Assembly (NCBI GenBank): GCA_963837925.1 | Contig: CAWIPK010000003.1 | Coordinates: forward strand, 1,358,441 to 1,422,440 | Source: an uncultured Chloroflexia bacterium | Lineage (GTDB): Bacteria > Chloroflexota > Anaerolineae > CG2-30-64-16 | DNA length: 64,000 nucleotides | Direction: 5' to 3' | Part shown: one piece after another, positions 1 through 8,611 of the stretch | How the letters are laid out: every line of letters begins with the position of its first letter | Numbering within the stretch: position 1 is the stretch's first letter | The notes under the pieces: generated by a model | Database searches by the model: none | What the model saw: the letters and a program-made list of their open reading frames with translations, nothing else | Told to the model about the DNA's origin: nothing | Position numbers and translations under genes: made by a program

Positions 1-4
1 CCAG

Positions 5-1846
5 GTGCTCGCAGTGGGCGGGATCCCGGTGGCAGGCGATGCCTTCGACCAGAAGCTGGTGCGCGCCAAACTGCCCCGCCACTTCGGGCAGGGGGGCGTG
101 TACGGGCCGCACGGGCGTGAGCAGCCGGTACCCGAGTGGATCTACGAGGCCTTTGGCAATTGGCAAACGATCATCACCCTGCAGACGCCCGAGCACATGG
201 CCATGTTGCGCGAGATCGCGCGCACGGCGCGCGAGCCGCGCAAGCTGGAAGCCCTGATCAGCATGGTGTCGAGCCACTACGGCTTAAAGATGTTCGACAC
301 GGTGGAACTGACTAAGCGCATGCTCTCGCGACGCGACGACGCCCTGATCCGCCTGGGTGGGCCGCGCTTTGACATCACGCAGCCGGTGACGCGTGGCGAG
401 TTCGAGAATCTGCTCCACGAGGACGTGCTCAGGGTCGACCACTCGCTGGAGGAGGTGCTGCGAGCGTCCGGGCTGACGCCGGGGCAGATCGACGTCGTCA
501 TCCGCACAGGCGGCTCTTCGCAGATCCCCGTTTTCCAGCGGCTGCTGGACGGCAAGTTTGGGCCGGACAAGGTGCGCAGTATCGACATCTTCAGCAGCGT
601 AGCCTCAGGGCTGGGCATTATCGCGCACGGCATCGAGACCGGCGAGGTGGCGCTGCGCAGCTTCAGCCGCCGCCAACTGCCACCGGCCGAGGGCCCGGCA
701 GCCGCAGGCCTGGGCGCAAGGGTGCCGAGGGTCGACCTCGAGCTGGTGCTGAAGCGGCTGGCAGCCGAGCAAGCGGCGCCTGGCCGGAAACTGGGAAACA
801 CGGAGCACGCCGGGACGCGGGGGATTGAGGCGGGCGCGGGAGCGGCATCATCGCCGGAGCTGAGCCTGGCGATCCAGACACGCGATGGGCGGGTGAGCGT
901 GGCCGAGGTGGCGAGGAGCGCCCTGGCCGCCCGGCGCGAGATCCTTCTGCCGGACGGCCGCGCAAGGGACGGAAAGGCTGCCGACGCCAGAGACGTGGCG
1001 GAGGCGACCGGCGGCACGCCCCGCCGGGTGCTGGCCATGGACCGGGACGACCACGTGCTGGTCGTCACCAGCCGTTTCCGCTTTCTGCTGGTCAGTTGGC
1101 GCCAGTTGCAGAGCTATGGCGAGCAAGGGGTGAGCCTGGCAGCGGTCGAGCACCTGGCGCCCGAGGAAAGGCTGGCGGCCCTGGCCCACTGGGAAAGCCT
1201 GCGCGAGTTCAGTCGCCTGCTGCTGCTCTCGAGCAAGGGCTTCGCCCGTTGGTATCGGCTCGAACCGTTGCGCGCGGCCATCGAGGGCCCCAATCCGTTT
1301 CAACTCGACCACCCGCTGCCGGGCGTGCCGGTGGACATCCTGGGCGCCGGCGATGCGGATGAGCTGGTGGTGTTCGACCAGGCGGGCCATGCCTTGCGCA
1401 CGCCTGTCGGCGCGCTGTCGGTGCAGGGCAGCCGGGTGCTCAACGTGACAGGCCGCGAGCGCCTGCGCCTGGGCCTGGCAGCAGGCCCTGATGACGAGGT
1501 CCTGTTGCTGTGCGGCGACGGCAGCGGCAAGCGCATCCCCAGCGGCCTGATCCCCGTCCCCCAGAGGCCGAACAGCCGCGCTCGCAGCTGGCTGGCGCGC
1601 CGGGAGGTCGCCGATGCCTGCATTCTGCGGATCGGGGATGCGCCTGCCAATGCCGGCTTCGAGCCGGCTGCCCTTGTCCGGGCGCAGGCGGCGAAGGCGT
1701 CCGCCGGCCTGTGGGTGGCAACCTCCCGCCGATTAGCGCCGCTGGAGGTGTCGCAAGTCGCGACCGAAAACCTGCCATCGCAGAGAACCCAACGCCTGCT
1801 GAAGCTGGCGGACGGCGAAGAGGCCGGCGCACTCGTGGCATTGTAA
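5..1846 (+). CDS. Hsp70-family ATPase, 5'-truncated by window start; C-terminal half of the nucleotide-binding domain followed by a ~380-aa non-canonical repeat-containing region instead of a DnaK substrate-binding domain
   Basis: Translation contains IDVVIRTGGSSQIPVFQRLLDGKFG...SVASGLGIIAHG, which matches the Hsp70 NBD subdomain IIA connect-2 motif (DnaK IDEVILVGGSTRMP..FG..VALGAAIQG). Downstream are 4-5 repeated blades of the form DDHVLVVTSRFRFLLVSWRQL / DELVVFDQAGHALRTPVGAL / DEVLLLCGDGSGKRIPSGLIP. The ORF is open from the window edge. Confidence 0.6.
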   Translation: MLAVGGIPVAGDAFDQKLVRAKLPRHFGQGGVYGPHGREQPVPEWIYEAFGNWQTIITLQTPEHMAMLREIARTAREPRKLEALISMVSSHYGLKMFDTVELTKRMLSRRDDALIRLGGPRFDITQPVTRGEFENLLHEDVLRVDHSLEEVLRASGLTPGQIDVVIRTGGSSQIPVFQRLLDGKFGPDKVRSIDIFSSVASGLGIIAHGIETGEVALRSFSRRQLPPAEGPAAAGLGARVPRVDLELVLKRLAAEQAAPGRKLGNTEHAGTRGIEAGAGAASSPELSLAIQTRDGRVSVAEVARSALAARREILLPDGRARDGKAADARDVAEATGGTPRRVLAMDRDDHVLVVTSRFRFLLVSWRQLQSYGEQGVSLAAVEHLAPEERLAALAHWESLREFSRLLLLSSKGFARWYRLEPLRAAIEGPNPFQLDHPLPGVPVDILGAGDADELVVFDQAGHALRTPVGALSVQGSRVLNVTGRERLRLGLAAGPDDEVLLLCGDGSGKRIPSGLIPVPQRPNSRARSWLARREVADACILRIGDAPANAGFEPAALVRAQAAKASAGLWVATSRRLAPLEVSQVATENLPSQRTQRLLKLADGEEAGALVAL

Positions 1847-1947
1847 CGGAGAGAACAAATTCCTCATCGTAAGGATGATTGACTTAGCTGCGGTTTGTGG
1901 ACGATCCACACGACTCCGACCAGAGTTTGCCCCCCAGGAGGCAACAC

Positions 1948-2329
1948 GTGAACTACCGTCGGATGGGAAAACGCGGGCTCAAATTGAGCGAATTGTCACT
2001 CGGCGCATGGGTGACCTACGGCGGCCAGGTGGGTCAGGAGGTCGCGGAAAAGTGTATGGTCGCGGCCTACGAAGCCGGAGTCAACTTCTTCGATAACGCC
2101 AAAGGCTACGCTAACGGCAACGCCGAGTGTGGCGGATGAGCTCGGCTGCTCGATGGCCCAATTGGGCCTGGCGTGGTGCCTCAAGAACCCAAACGTGAGC
2201 ACGGTGATCACCGGCGCCAGCCGGCCAGAGCAGGTGACGGAGAACATGAAAGCGCAGGAAGTGGCGCCCAAGTTGACCGATGAAGTAATGGCGCACATCG
2301 ACCAGATACTGGAGAACAAGCCGGAATGA
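1948..2329 (+). pseudogene. Aldo/keto reductase (Kv-beta-like AKR) remnant; N-terminal ~60 aa and C-terminal ~66 aa in different frames, with ~200 aa of the catalytic core missing
   Basis: ORF 1897..2139 (frame 1) encodes [26 protein letters not shown]...[21 protein letters not shown], an AKR N-terminus with GTG at 1948 preceded by AGGAGG. ORF 2129..2329 (frame 2) encodes [37 protein letters not shown]..., an AKR C-terminus. The combined length is ~125 aa versus ~330 aa for an intact AKR. Confidence 0.55.
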
Positions 2330-2363
2330 GCGGCCGGCGACGGACTGCGGCCTCCGGCGTAGG

Positions 2364-3254
2364 ATGATGGTTATGCACATCTACGAGCTGCCGCCGGGCC
2401 GGCTGGCGCGCGTTGAGCACCTGTTCGCCAGCGCCTGGTTCGACCGGGCAATGATCGATGCGAGCCTGGAGGGCCGGCAGCCGGTCAGGGTGTTCGCGAA
2501 CGACCGGGAGCGGCCTGGGGCGGCTCTGCTCTGCCATCCTTATGACTTCTACCTGGCCGGGAGCGTGGACCCGGCCTTGCGCCAGTTCATCGCCGACGCG
2601 CCGGCCGAAGCCGGCGTGTTCGCGCAGGTGTATGGCTACTGCCCGATCGGAATCGACTGGGAACGAACGCTGCTGGCCGATTCAGGCGGGCGCCTGGTCG
2701 TGATCGGACGCCGGAACTTCGAGTACCGGCGCGCACTGCCCCCCGCACCCGGTCGCTTGGTGCAGCACGCCGAACTGCGACCGATCGACAGGGAGCTGGC
2801 TTCCCGGATTGACAGGCGCTTCATGCGCGCCATCAGCCGCAACTGGGGCGATCCGGCGGCCTTCCTGCGGGGCGGGTTCGGTTTCTGCGTCACGGTTCGG
2901 GACACCCTCGCCGCCATCGGGCTGCCGGCCGCGGTGAGCGAGCGCTACGCCGACCTGGACGTCGAAACGGCGCCCGCCTTTCGCCGCCAGGGCCTGGCGT
3001 ACGCGGTCTGTGCGCGCTTCGTCGGGGAATGCCTCGCCCGAGGGCTCACCGCCTGCTGGGATACCGACGCACCAAATCTGGCGTCGGCAGCGCTGGCGGA
3101 GAAGCTCGGTTTCAGCGAAGGAAGCCCGTTCCATGAGTTGGGCATGGCCGAGCGCAGGCCGCTGCCTCTCTCAAACGGACGCTGGACGGAGCTGCGGTCC
3201 GGCGATGGCGGCGAGACGTTCAGAGAATGGGTGACCCAGGGCCCGGCGGCCTGA
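2364..3254 (+). CDS. GNAT-family N-acetyltransferase (~296 aa; GNAT fold in the C-terminal half)
   Basis: C-terminal segment [50 protein letters not shown] matches the GNAT motif A / acetyl-CoA binding region. Consecutive ATG codons at the start. Confidence 0.6.
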   Translation: MMVMHIYELPPGRLARVEHLFASAWFDRAMIDASLEGRQPVRVFANDRERPGAALLCHPYDFYLAGSVDPALRQFIADAPAEAGVFAQVYGYCPIGIDWERTLLADSGGRLVVIGRRNFEYRRALPPAPGRLVQHAELRPIDRELASRIDRRFMRAISRNWGDPAAFLRGGFGFCVTVRDTLAAIGLPAAVSERYADLDVETAPAFRRQGLAYAVCARFVGECLARGLTACWDTDAPNLASAALAEKLGFSEGSPFHELGMAERRPLPLSNGRWTELRSGDGGETFREWVTQGPAA

Positions 3255-3269
3255 GGCGTGGGAGGACTG

Positions 3270-3749
3270 ATGGACAAGACGCAGTTTCTGAGCGCCGTGC
3301 GTGCCGACTGGGCGCGCTGGCAGGCGGTGCTGGACGAAGTCGGAGAGGCGCGCATGACCCAGCCGGGGGCGGCGGGCGAGTGGTCGGTCAAAGACATCGT
3401 GGCGCATCTGACCTGGTTCGAGCGCGAGATGGTCGGCGTGATCCGCCAACGCTGGCTGGCCGGTTCTGACCTCTGGAACGTGGGCCAGGACGAGCGCAAC
3501 GCCGTGATTTTCGAGCAGAACCGGGAGCGCGCGCTCGACGACGTATTGGGCGAGGCCGAGCGGGTGCACCAGGAACTGGTGGATGGGCTGGAAGAGCTAC
3601 CCGAGGAGCACTACGGCAACCCGGCCCGTTTCCGCGACATGCCCGCCGATTGGTTGCCCTGGCAGGTGTTCGCCGGCAATACTTACGAGCACTACCAGCA
3701 CCACGCGGCGGACGTGCGGGCGTGGCTGGACGGGCAGGCTACGGGGTAG
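3270..3749 (+). CDS. ClbS/DfsB-like (DUF1706) or DinB-like four-helix-bundle protein
   Basis: ATG at 3270 preceded by GGGAGGA. The ~160-aa protein carries WSVKDIVAHLTWFEREMV and a C-terminal YEHYQHHAADVRAWL, reminiscent of ClbS/DfsB self-protection proteins. It is tightly linked (16 bp) to the upstream GNAT gene. Confidence 0.45.
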   Translation: MDKTQFLSAVRADWARWQAVLDEVGEARMTQPGAAGEWSVKDIVAHLTWFEREMVGVIRQRWLAGSDLWNVGQDERNAVIFEQNRERALDDVLGEAERVHQELVDGLEELPEEHYGNPARFRDMPADWLPWQVFAGNTYEHYQHHAADVRAWLDGQATG

Positions 3750-3796
3750 GAAAAGCGGCGCTTGCCGGGAACCGCTCCCGGTCCCGGCCGCGGCCC

Positions 3797-5305
3797 CTAG
3801 CGCAGAGTCAGATTGACGCTCGGGAGGAACTCAGGCGGGCGGCGGTGCCGGGTGGCCTGCTCGAAGGCGTAGGCGAACTTGAGCAGGGCCGGCTCGCTGT
3901 AGGCGCTTGCGAAGAAAGAGAGGCCCACCGGCAAACCCCAGATGTATCCTGCGGGCACGGTAATGCTGGGGTAACCGGCGACGGCCGGTGGCGTGGTGTT
4001 GCCGCCGATCACGTGATCGCCGTTGACGAAGTCGATCAGCCAGGCAGGACTGCCAGACGGGGCGACGATCGCGTCCAGGTGGTGTTGGGCGAGAGTCTTG
4101 TCGATACCCTCGGACCGGGCGAGACGCCGCCCGGTCTCGAGCGCGTGCAGATACTCTCCATCCGTCAGGGGGCCTTTCTCCGCCGACTCCAGCATGTGTT
4201 CCTGGCCGAAGTATGGCATCACTGCGGCGGCCCGCTCCTCGTTGAACCGGATCACGCCGGCCATGGAGTGTGCTGCGACGCCTGGCCCGCGCCCGGCCAG
4301 GTAGGCGTTCAGGTCGGCCTTGAATTCGTACAGCAAGACCTGGAGCTCGCACTCATCCAGCTCCTTGGGTACGGCCACTTCGGCCGGATCGACGATCTCC
4401 GCCCCCAGCTCGCGCAGCACAGAAATGGCGTCTTCCAGCAAGCGGTCGACGCGTGGGCTGAAGCCGGCCAGGTTGCGCGCGATGCCCAGGCGGGCGCCGC
4501 GCAGGCCGTCGCGTTCCAAAAAGCGTGTGTAGTCGGGCTGCGCCTGGGCGGCGGCCTCGGCAGTCGACGGGTCACGCGGGTCTGGTTGGCGGGCCACGAG
4601 CGCTCCCAGCAGGATCGCGACGTCGGCGACGGTGCGGGCCATGGGACCGGCGGTATCCTGACTATGGGCGATGGGCACGATGCCCGCCCGGCTGATCAGG
4701 CCGAGAGTCGGCTTCAACCCGACGATGCCGTTGGTGGACGCCGGGCAGATGATCGAGCCGTCCGTTTCGGTGCCCACGGCCGCAGCGCAGAGGCCGGAGG
4801 CGACGGCGACCGCCGAGCCGGAGCTCGAGCCGCATGGGCTCCGGTCGAGCGCGTAGGGGTTGAGCGTCTGGCCGCCCCGGCTGCTCCAACCGCTGACCGA
4901 GTGGCTGGAGCGGAAGTTAGCCCACTCGCTCAGGTTGGTCTTGCCCAGGATGACCGCGCCCGCGGCGCGCAAGCCGCTCACCAGGGTCGCGTCCTGCGGG
5001 GCAGGGGCGCCGGCCAGGGCCAGCGAGCCGGCCGTGGTGAGCATGCGATCGCCGGTATCGATGTTGTCCTTGATCAGGATTGGGATGCCGTGCAGCGGGC
5101 CGCGCGCGCCGCGCGTGCGTCGTTCCTCGTCCAGCGCCGCGGCGCTGGCCAGCGCATCCGGGTTGACCTCGATCACCGAGCGCAGGTGCGGTCCGGCCTG
5201 ATCGAGCTCGGCAATGCGCTGCAGGTAGCCTTTGGTCAAGTCCCGCGCTGTCAGCTCATCCCGCGCCATCATCTGCTGAAGATCGTCGATCGTCATCTCA
5301 GGCAT
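3797..5305 (-). CDS. Amidase (amidase-signature family)
   Basis: Contains the GGSSGGSAVAVASG amidase signature, the catalytic Ser-cisSer-Lys context (KDNIDTGD...GGSSSG) and is 502 aa long. GGGAGAG lies upstream of the ATG at 5305. Confidence 0.85.
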   Translation of the reverse strand: MPEMTIDDLQQMMARDELTARDLTKGYLQRIAELDQAGPHLRSVIEVNPDALASAAALDEERRTRGARGPLHGIPILIKDNIDTGDRMLTTAGSLALAGAPAPQDATLVSGLRAAGAVILGKTNLSEWANFRSSHSVSGWSSRGGQTLNPYALDRSPCGSSSGSAVAVASGLCAAAVGTETDGSIICPASTNGIVGLKPTLGLISRAGIVPIAHSQDTAGPMARTVADVAILLGALVARQPDPRDPSTAEAAAQAQPDYTRFLERDGLRGARLGIARNLAGFSPRVDRLLEDAISVLRELGAEIVDPAEVAVPKELDECELQVLLYEFKADLNAYLAGRGPGVAAHSMAGVIRFNEERAAAVMPYFGQEHMLESAEKGPLTDGEYLHALETGRRLARSEGIDKTLAQHHLDAIVAPSGSPAWLIDFVNGDHVIGGNTTPPAVAGYPSITVPAGYIWGLPVGLSFFASAYSEPALLKFAYAFEQATRHRRPPEFLPSVNLTLR

Positions 5306-5542
5306 CTTGTCTCTCCCTGGGAGATCGCCGGAGGCCGGTCGCCGGCGCCGTCAGTTTAGCGCGCTTGCCAGGTTCGTGCAAGCGACCTGGCGCGCGCCGG
5401 GTGGCCGGCAGTTCCGATCGACCGGTGTTTCTGGCAACCCACGATCTGTGATATCCTGCCCGCAACCCCATAACGCTGCTCGATCGAGCGTCGGCGGGTG
5501 ACACGAGTCGGTCATGAGCAACCGCAGGAGGAACACTTGACG

Positions 5543-5986
5543 ATGGACAGACAGGAACTGGCGGACGAGTATTTCCGGCAGGGTTTTAGCTGCTCGCAAT
5601 CGGTGTTGGCCGCTTGTGCCGGGCGCTTCGGGCTGGACGAGCAGACGGCGCTGCGGGTGGCAGCCGCGTTCGGCGGTGGGCTGGCCCGCAGTGGGGAAAC
5701 TTGCGGCGCGGTCTCGGGCGCGTTGATGGTGATCGGGCTGAAGTATGGCCCGGTTACGCCAGGAGACAAGCCTGCCAGGGACGAGACCTACCGCGCCGGC
5801 CAACGACTAATGGCCGCCTTCGCCGCCGAGCGCGGCTCGACGACCTGCCGCGTTCTGCTGGGCTACGATCTCAGCGATGCAGTTCAGCGACAGGCGGCGC
5901 ACGACGCGGGCGCGACCCGGGCGGTCTGCCCTGCGCTCGTGCGCGCGGCTGTTCGGCTGCTGGAGTCGGATGGGGTGCTGGACTGA
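5543..5986 (+). CDS. C_GCAxxG_C_C family putative redox-active protein
   Basis: GFSCSQSVLAACAGRFGLDEQTALRVAAAFGGGLARSGETCGAVSGALMVIGLKYG matches the family hallmark. ATG at 5543 preceded by AGGAGG. Confidence 0.75.
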   Translation: MDRQELADEYFRQGFSCSQSVLAACAGRFGLDEQTALRVAAAFGGGLARSGETCGAVSGALMVIGLKYGPVTPGDKPARDETYRAGQRLMAAFAAERGSTTCRVLLGYDLSDAVQRQAAHDAGATRAVCPALVRAAVRLLESDGVLD

Positions 5987-6320
5987 GCGGTCGTCGTGCC
6001 GGCAGTGGGCACCGCCGATAGGTCTGGTCTCACAGCGACGCGGCGCGCAGCAAGCCACACGGGGCCGATCAATCGCGCCACGCCACCAGCCGCTCGGTTC
6101 TGGGAGCCGGTTTCAGCGGGAAGCGGGCCTCGGAAATCGGCGTGCCGACTATCTCTATCGGCCCTGGTTCGCGCTGCCTGCGCAGCATTCTGAACCGGAA
6201 TTTGTCGCCCCGATGGTAGTCCTTCGAATGAGAGGGCCAGTCGCGGAGGTGTTTGCCTGCCGGGAGTCCGTCTCCCCGGCCGAGCCATCTACCTCTGCTC
6301 GCCTGGAAGGTCGGCGCCGG

Positions 6321-7004
6321 TCACCGATCGCGTGCGGGGAGCGTCGCAAGGTACCCGCGCACGCGCTCGAGCCTGGCGCCGAAGGTCCCTTCGAGGAGAG
6401 CCAGGCCCGGCGAGGGGTGGACCGGGTCGAGAGCGCGCTTCACGCCGTTGCAGCGCGAGCAGGCCGGCACGCAGTTGGCGGCCGTCGTGCCACCGCCGGC
6501 CGATAGCGGGATGAAATGGTCGAGATCGGTGAACGGGCGCACCTGGCAATAGGCACAGAAACGGCGGAAGTGATCCAGCGTGGCCAACCAGTCGGCGAGG
6601 CTGAGGTCGGCGGGCAGACCCTGGGCACGGGCGCGGGCGGCGTGATTACGAACGCGCGCTAGCTCGCGCTGCCGCTCGGGGCTGGAGCAGACCGTGCACA
6701 GGCCGTCCACGTCGCCCGGCATGCCGGTGGAGTAGACAGCACGGCACAGGAGGCAGTGCCGGGTATGGGCGCGCCGGATCTCCTCCACGCAGGCAGCGCA
6801 GTAGCGCGCCCAGCGGTAGCCCGGAATCTCGTCGATGGCCCGCAGTTGCTTGCGCGCGAGCACCGTCCCACAGCGAAAGCACTCGGCCGGCTCGTCCGCA
6901 TAGGCGCCTTCCCTGCCGCGCAGGGCCGCGCGCCAGCGGGCGCGTTCCTCGGCAGCACGGGCGGATGGGCTGCCGGGTGGACAGGCGGAGGAGTGTCCCT
7001 TCAC
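6321..7004 (-). CDS. HNH endonuclease with N-terminal Cys-rich (zinc-finger-like) region
   Basis: HNH motif DLDHFIPLSAGGGTTAANCVPACSRCNGVK at the C-terminus. Several CxxC pairs occur N-terminally. Confidence 0.7.
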   Translation of the reverse strand: MKGHSSACPPGSPSARAAEERARWRAALRGREGAYADEPAECFRCGTVLARKQLRAIDEIPGYRWARYCAACVEEIRRAHTRHCLLCRAVYSTGMPGDVDGLCTVCSSPERQRELARVRNHAARARAQGLPADLSLADWLATLDHFRRFCAYCQVRPFTDLDHFIPLSAGGGTTAANCVPACSRCNGVKRALDPVHPSPGLALLEGTFGARLERVRGYLATLPARDR

Positions 7005-7010
7005 CAGCGC

Positions 7011-7038
7011 ATCATATGCTTTCCCGCTGACCTGTCAA
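7011..7038 (-). promoter_or_regulatory. Candidate sigma70-like promoter for the HNH gene, apparently giving a leaderless transcript
   Basis: On the minus strand there is TTGACA (~7038..7033), a 16-nt spacer and TATGAT (~7016..7011). The predicted TSS lies within a few nt of the ATG at 7004. Confidence 0.3.
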
Positions 7039-7077
7039 GCCGGCAGCGTTCATGCGAGGAGTCATGGCTTCTGCCTG

Positions 7078-7086
7078 TGTTATAAT
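7078..7086 (+). promoter_or_regulatory. Candidate extended -10 promoter (TGtTATAAT) for the PrmA-like gene
   Basis: tgtTATAAT lies ~30 nt upstream of the AAGGGAG RBS and the ATG at 7118. The -35 element is weak. Confidence 0.3.
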
Positions 7087-7117
7087 CGCGCTTGCCACTC
7101 TGCTCTAAGGGAGACGC

Positions 7118-7762
7118 ATGAGCCAAACTAGCTTCGCAGAAGCCGCCATTCGCCCACTCCGCATCGGGCGGCACCTGTGGGTTGGGCCGGGCGGACGCGA
7201 GCCACCCGACGAACCGGGCCTCGTCCCGATCTGGCTGGAGGCGGGACCGGCCTTCGGCACAGGCGCGCACCCAACCACTCAGCTATGCCTCCGCGCCCTG
7301 GAGCGGCATCTGAAACCGGGTATCGCGCTGCTCGATCTTGGTGCCGGCAGTGGGATCCTCTCGATCGCCGCCGCAAAGCTGGGCGCCGGCAGAGTCTTGG
7401 CACTCGACACTGATCCTGAAGCCGTACGCGTGGCGCGAGGCAATGTACATCACAACCAAGTGGACGACCAGGTCAGCGTCGATCTGGGCACGATGTCCGA
7501 TGCCCTGGCCCGGGGATGGGGACGGGGGCAAGCATCGCGGGTGGTAACAAACATTCTGGCAAACGTGATCGTCCAATTCTTCGAGCAAGGCCTCGCAAGC
7601 GTGCTGAGCCCGGGCGGCTGGTTGATCCTGTCGGGGATCCTGCGTGGCCAAACACCGGCGATTCACGCTTGTCTGGTTGCCTCGGGATTGGAGTTGCTGG
7701 CCCAGGAACAGCAAGAGGAGTGGGTATGCGTCATCGCGCGTCGACCCCAGGCTGAGAGTTAG
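7118..7762 (+). CDS. PrmA-like class I SAM-dependent methyltransferase, catalytic domain only (no N-terminal L11-binding domain)
   Basis: GPAFGTGAHPTTQLCLRALERHL...LDLGAGSGILSIAAAKLGAGRVLALDTDPEAV matches the PrmA catalytic core (AFGTG.HpTT...DxGCGSGILsIAA). The protein is only 214 aa versus ~290-310 aa for a canonical PrmA. Confidence 0.65.
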   Translation: MSQTSFAEAAIRPLRIGRHLWVGPGGREPPDEPGLVPIWLEAGPAFGTGAHPTTQLCLRALERHLKPGIALLDLGAGSGILSIAAAKLGAGRVLALDTDPEAVRVARGNVHHNQVDDQVSVDLGTMSDALARGWGRGQASRVVTNILANVIVQFFEQGLASVLSPGGWLILSGILRGQTPAIHACLVASGLELLAQEQQEEWVCVIARRPQAES

Positions 7763-7969
7763 GGGAGCTTCGCAGACGGATCCAGACCAGCGACTTGGAG
7801 AGCGTAGCGAGCGGCGATCCCGGTCCTGGAGCTCTCGGGCGGAACAGGTGCCGGCTGAATGTTGACCGCAAGGCCCGCCGGCTTTGCCCGCCGGCGCAGC
7901 TGGTGCTACAATCGTCGATGGATGTCCGCCGCTCTGCACCCGCCGCAATCGTTCCCGATGGAGGCCTGA

Positions 7970-8452
7970 ATGACACTTCTTGCAGCCGTCCTCGGCGCGG
8001 GCGCGAGCGCGAGCGCGCCCGCCTCGCCCGGCTTGCTTGCCGAACGTAGCTTGACCGGCATTCCTTCGCTCTGGATTGTCGTAGGTATCCTGGTCCTGGT
8101 CGTCGCGGTCAGGATCATTCCGCTCCTGCGCCAGACAGACGGGGGCAGGGCCGCCGCCCAGCCGGCCGGCTCGTACGGCCCGGCCGGCGCCGCGGTTTGC
8201 TCCCGCTGCGGGCTGCCTTTCTCCCGCAGCCTGCTCGGCGTTAACCTCGTGACCGGCAAGCTGGCGCGCTGCCCGCACTGCGGCAGATGGCAGGTGGCAG
8301 GCATCGCCGGCCGCCAGGCGTTGGCGGCGGCCGAGGCCAGGCTGAATGCCCAGACTGGGGCAGGACGAGCCAGGGCACCGGAAACCGAACTAGGCCCGGA
8401 GGAGCGCCTGCGCCGGCAGATCGAGGACTCCAAGTACGAACGCCCCCAGTGA
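7970..8452 (+). CDS. Hypothetical membrane-anchored zinc-ribbon protein
   Basis: One TM helix (IVVGILVLVVAVRII) and a CSRCG...CPHCG zinc-ribbon-like motif. No family recognised. Confidence 0.4.
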   Translation: MTLLAAVLGAGASASAPASPGLLAERSLTGIPSLWIVVGILVLVVAVRIIPLLRQTDGGRAAAQPAGSYGPAGAAVCSRCGLPFSRSLLGVNLVTGKLARCPHCGRWQVAGIAGRQALAAAEARLNAQTGAGRARAPETELGPEERLRRQIEDSKYERPQ

Positions 8453-8611
8453 GGAAGCCCAGCCAGGGAGCCCAACCAGGGGCGCAGAACGCGCGCTTTG
8501 TATCACTGGACACTGCACCGTGTTCCCCAACACATTATGCTCCATTCGGACCGTTCTGGCGCGCCGGCTCCGGCCGGGCGTCGCCTCGCTAGCAAGGAGC
8601 ATTTTTTCGGT

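Noticed and set aside
3650-5359. 569-aa plus-strand ORF opposite the amidase gene. The same pattern occurs opposite many other genes: 848..1390, 8390..8890, 39333..40400, 40590..41408, 55121..55972, 60844..62250, 62317..63717.
   Set aside because: These are Arg/Gly/Ala-rich translations typical of antisense frames in high-GC DNA. They have no motifs or RBS, and the opposite strands carry well-supported genes (amidase, GlgX, M48, SBP, APH, alpha-2-macroglobulin).
7858-7910. TTGACC ... TACAAT promoter-like pair upstream of the 7970 gene
   Set aside because: The spacer is ~39 nt, far outside sigma70 spacing. No alternative well-spaced element was found.
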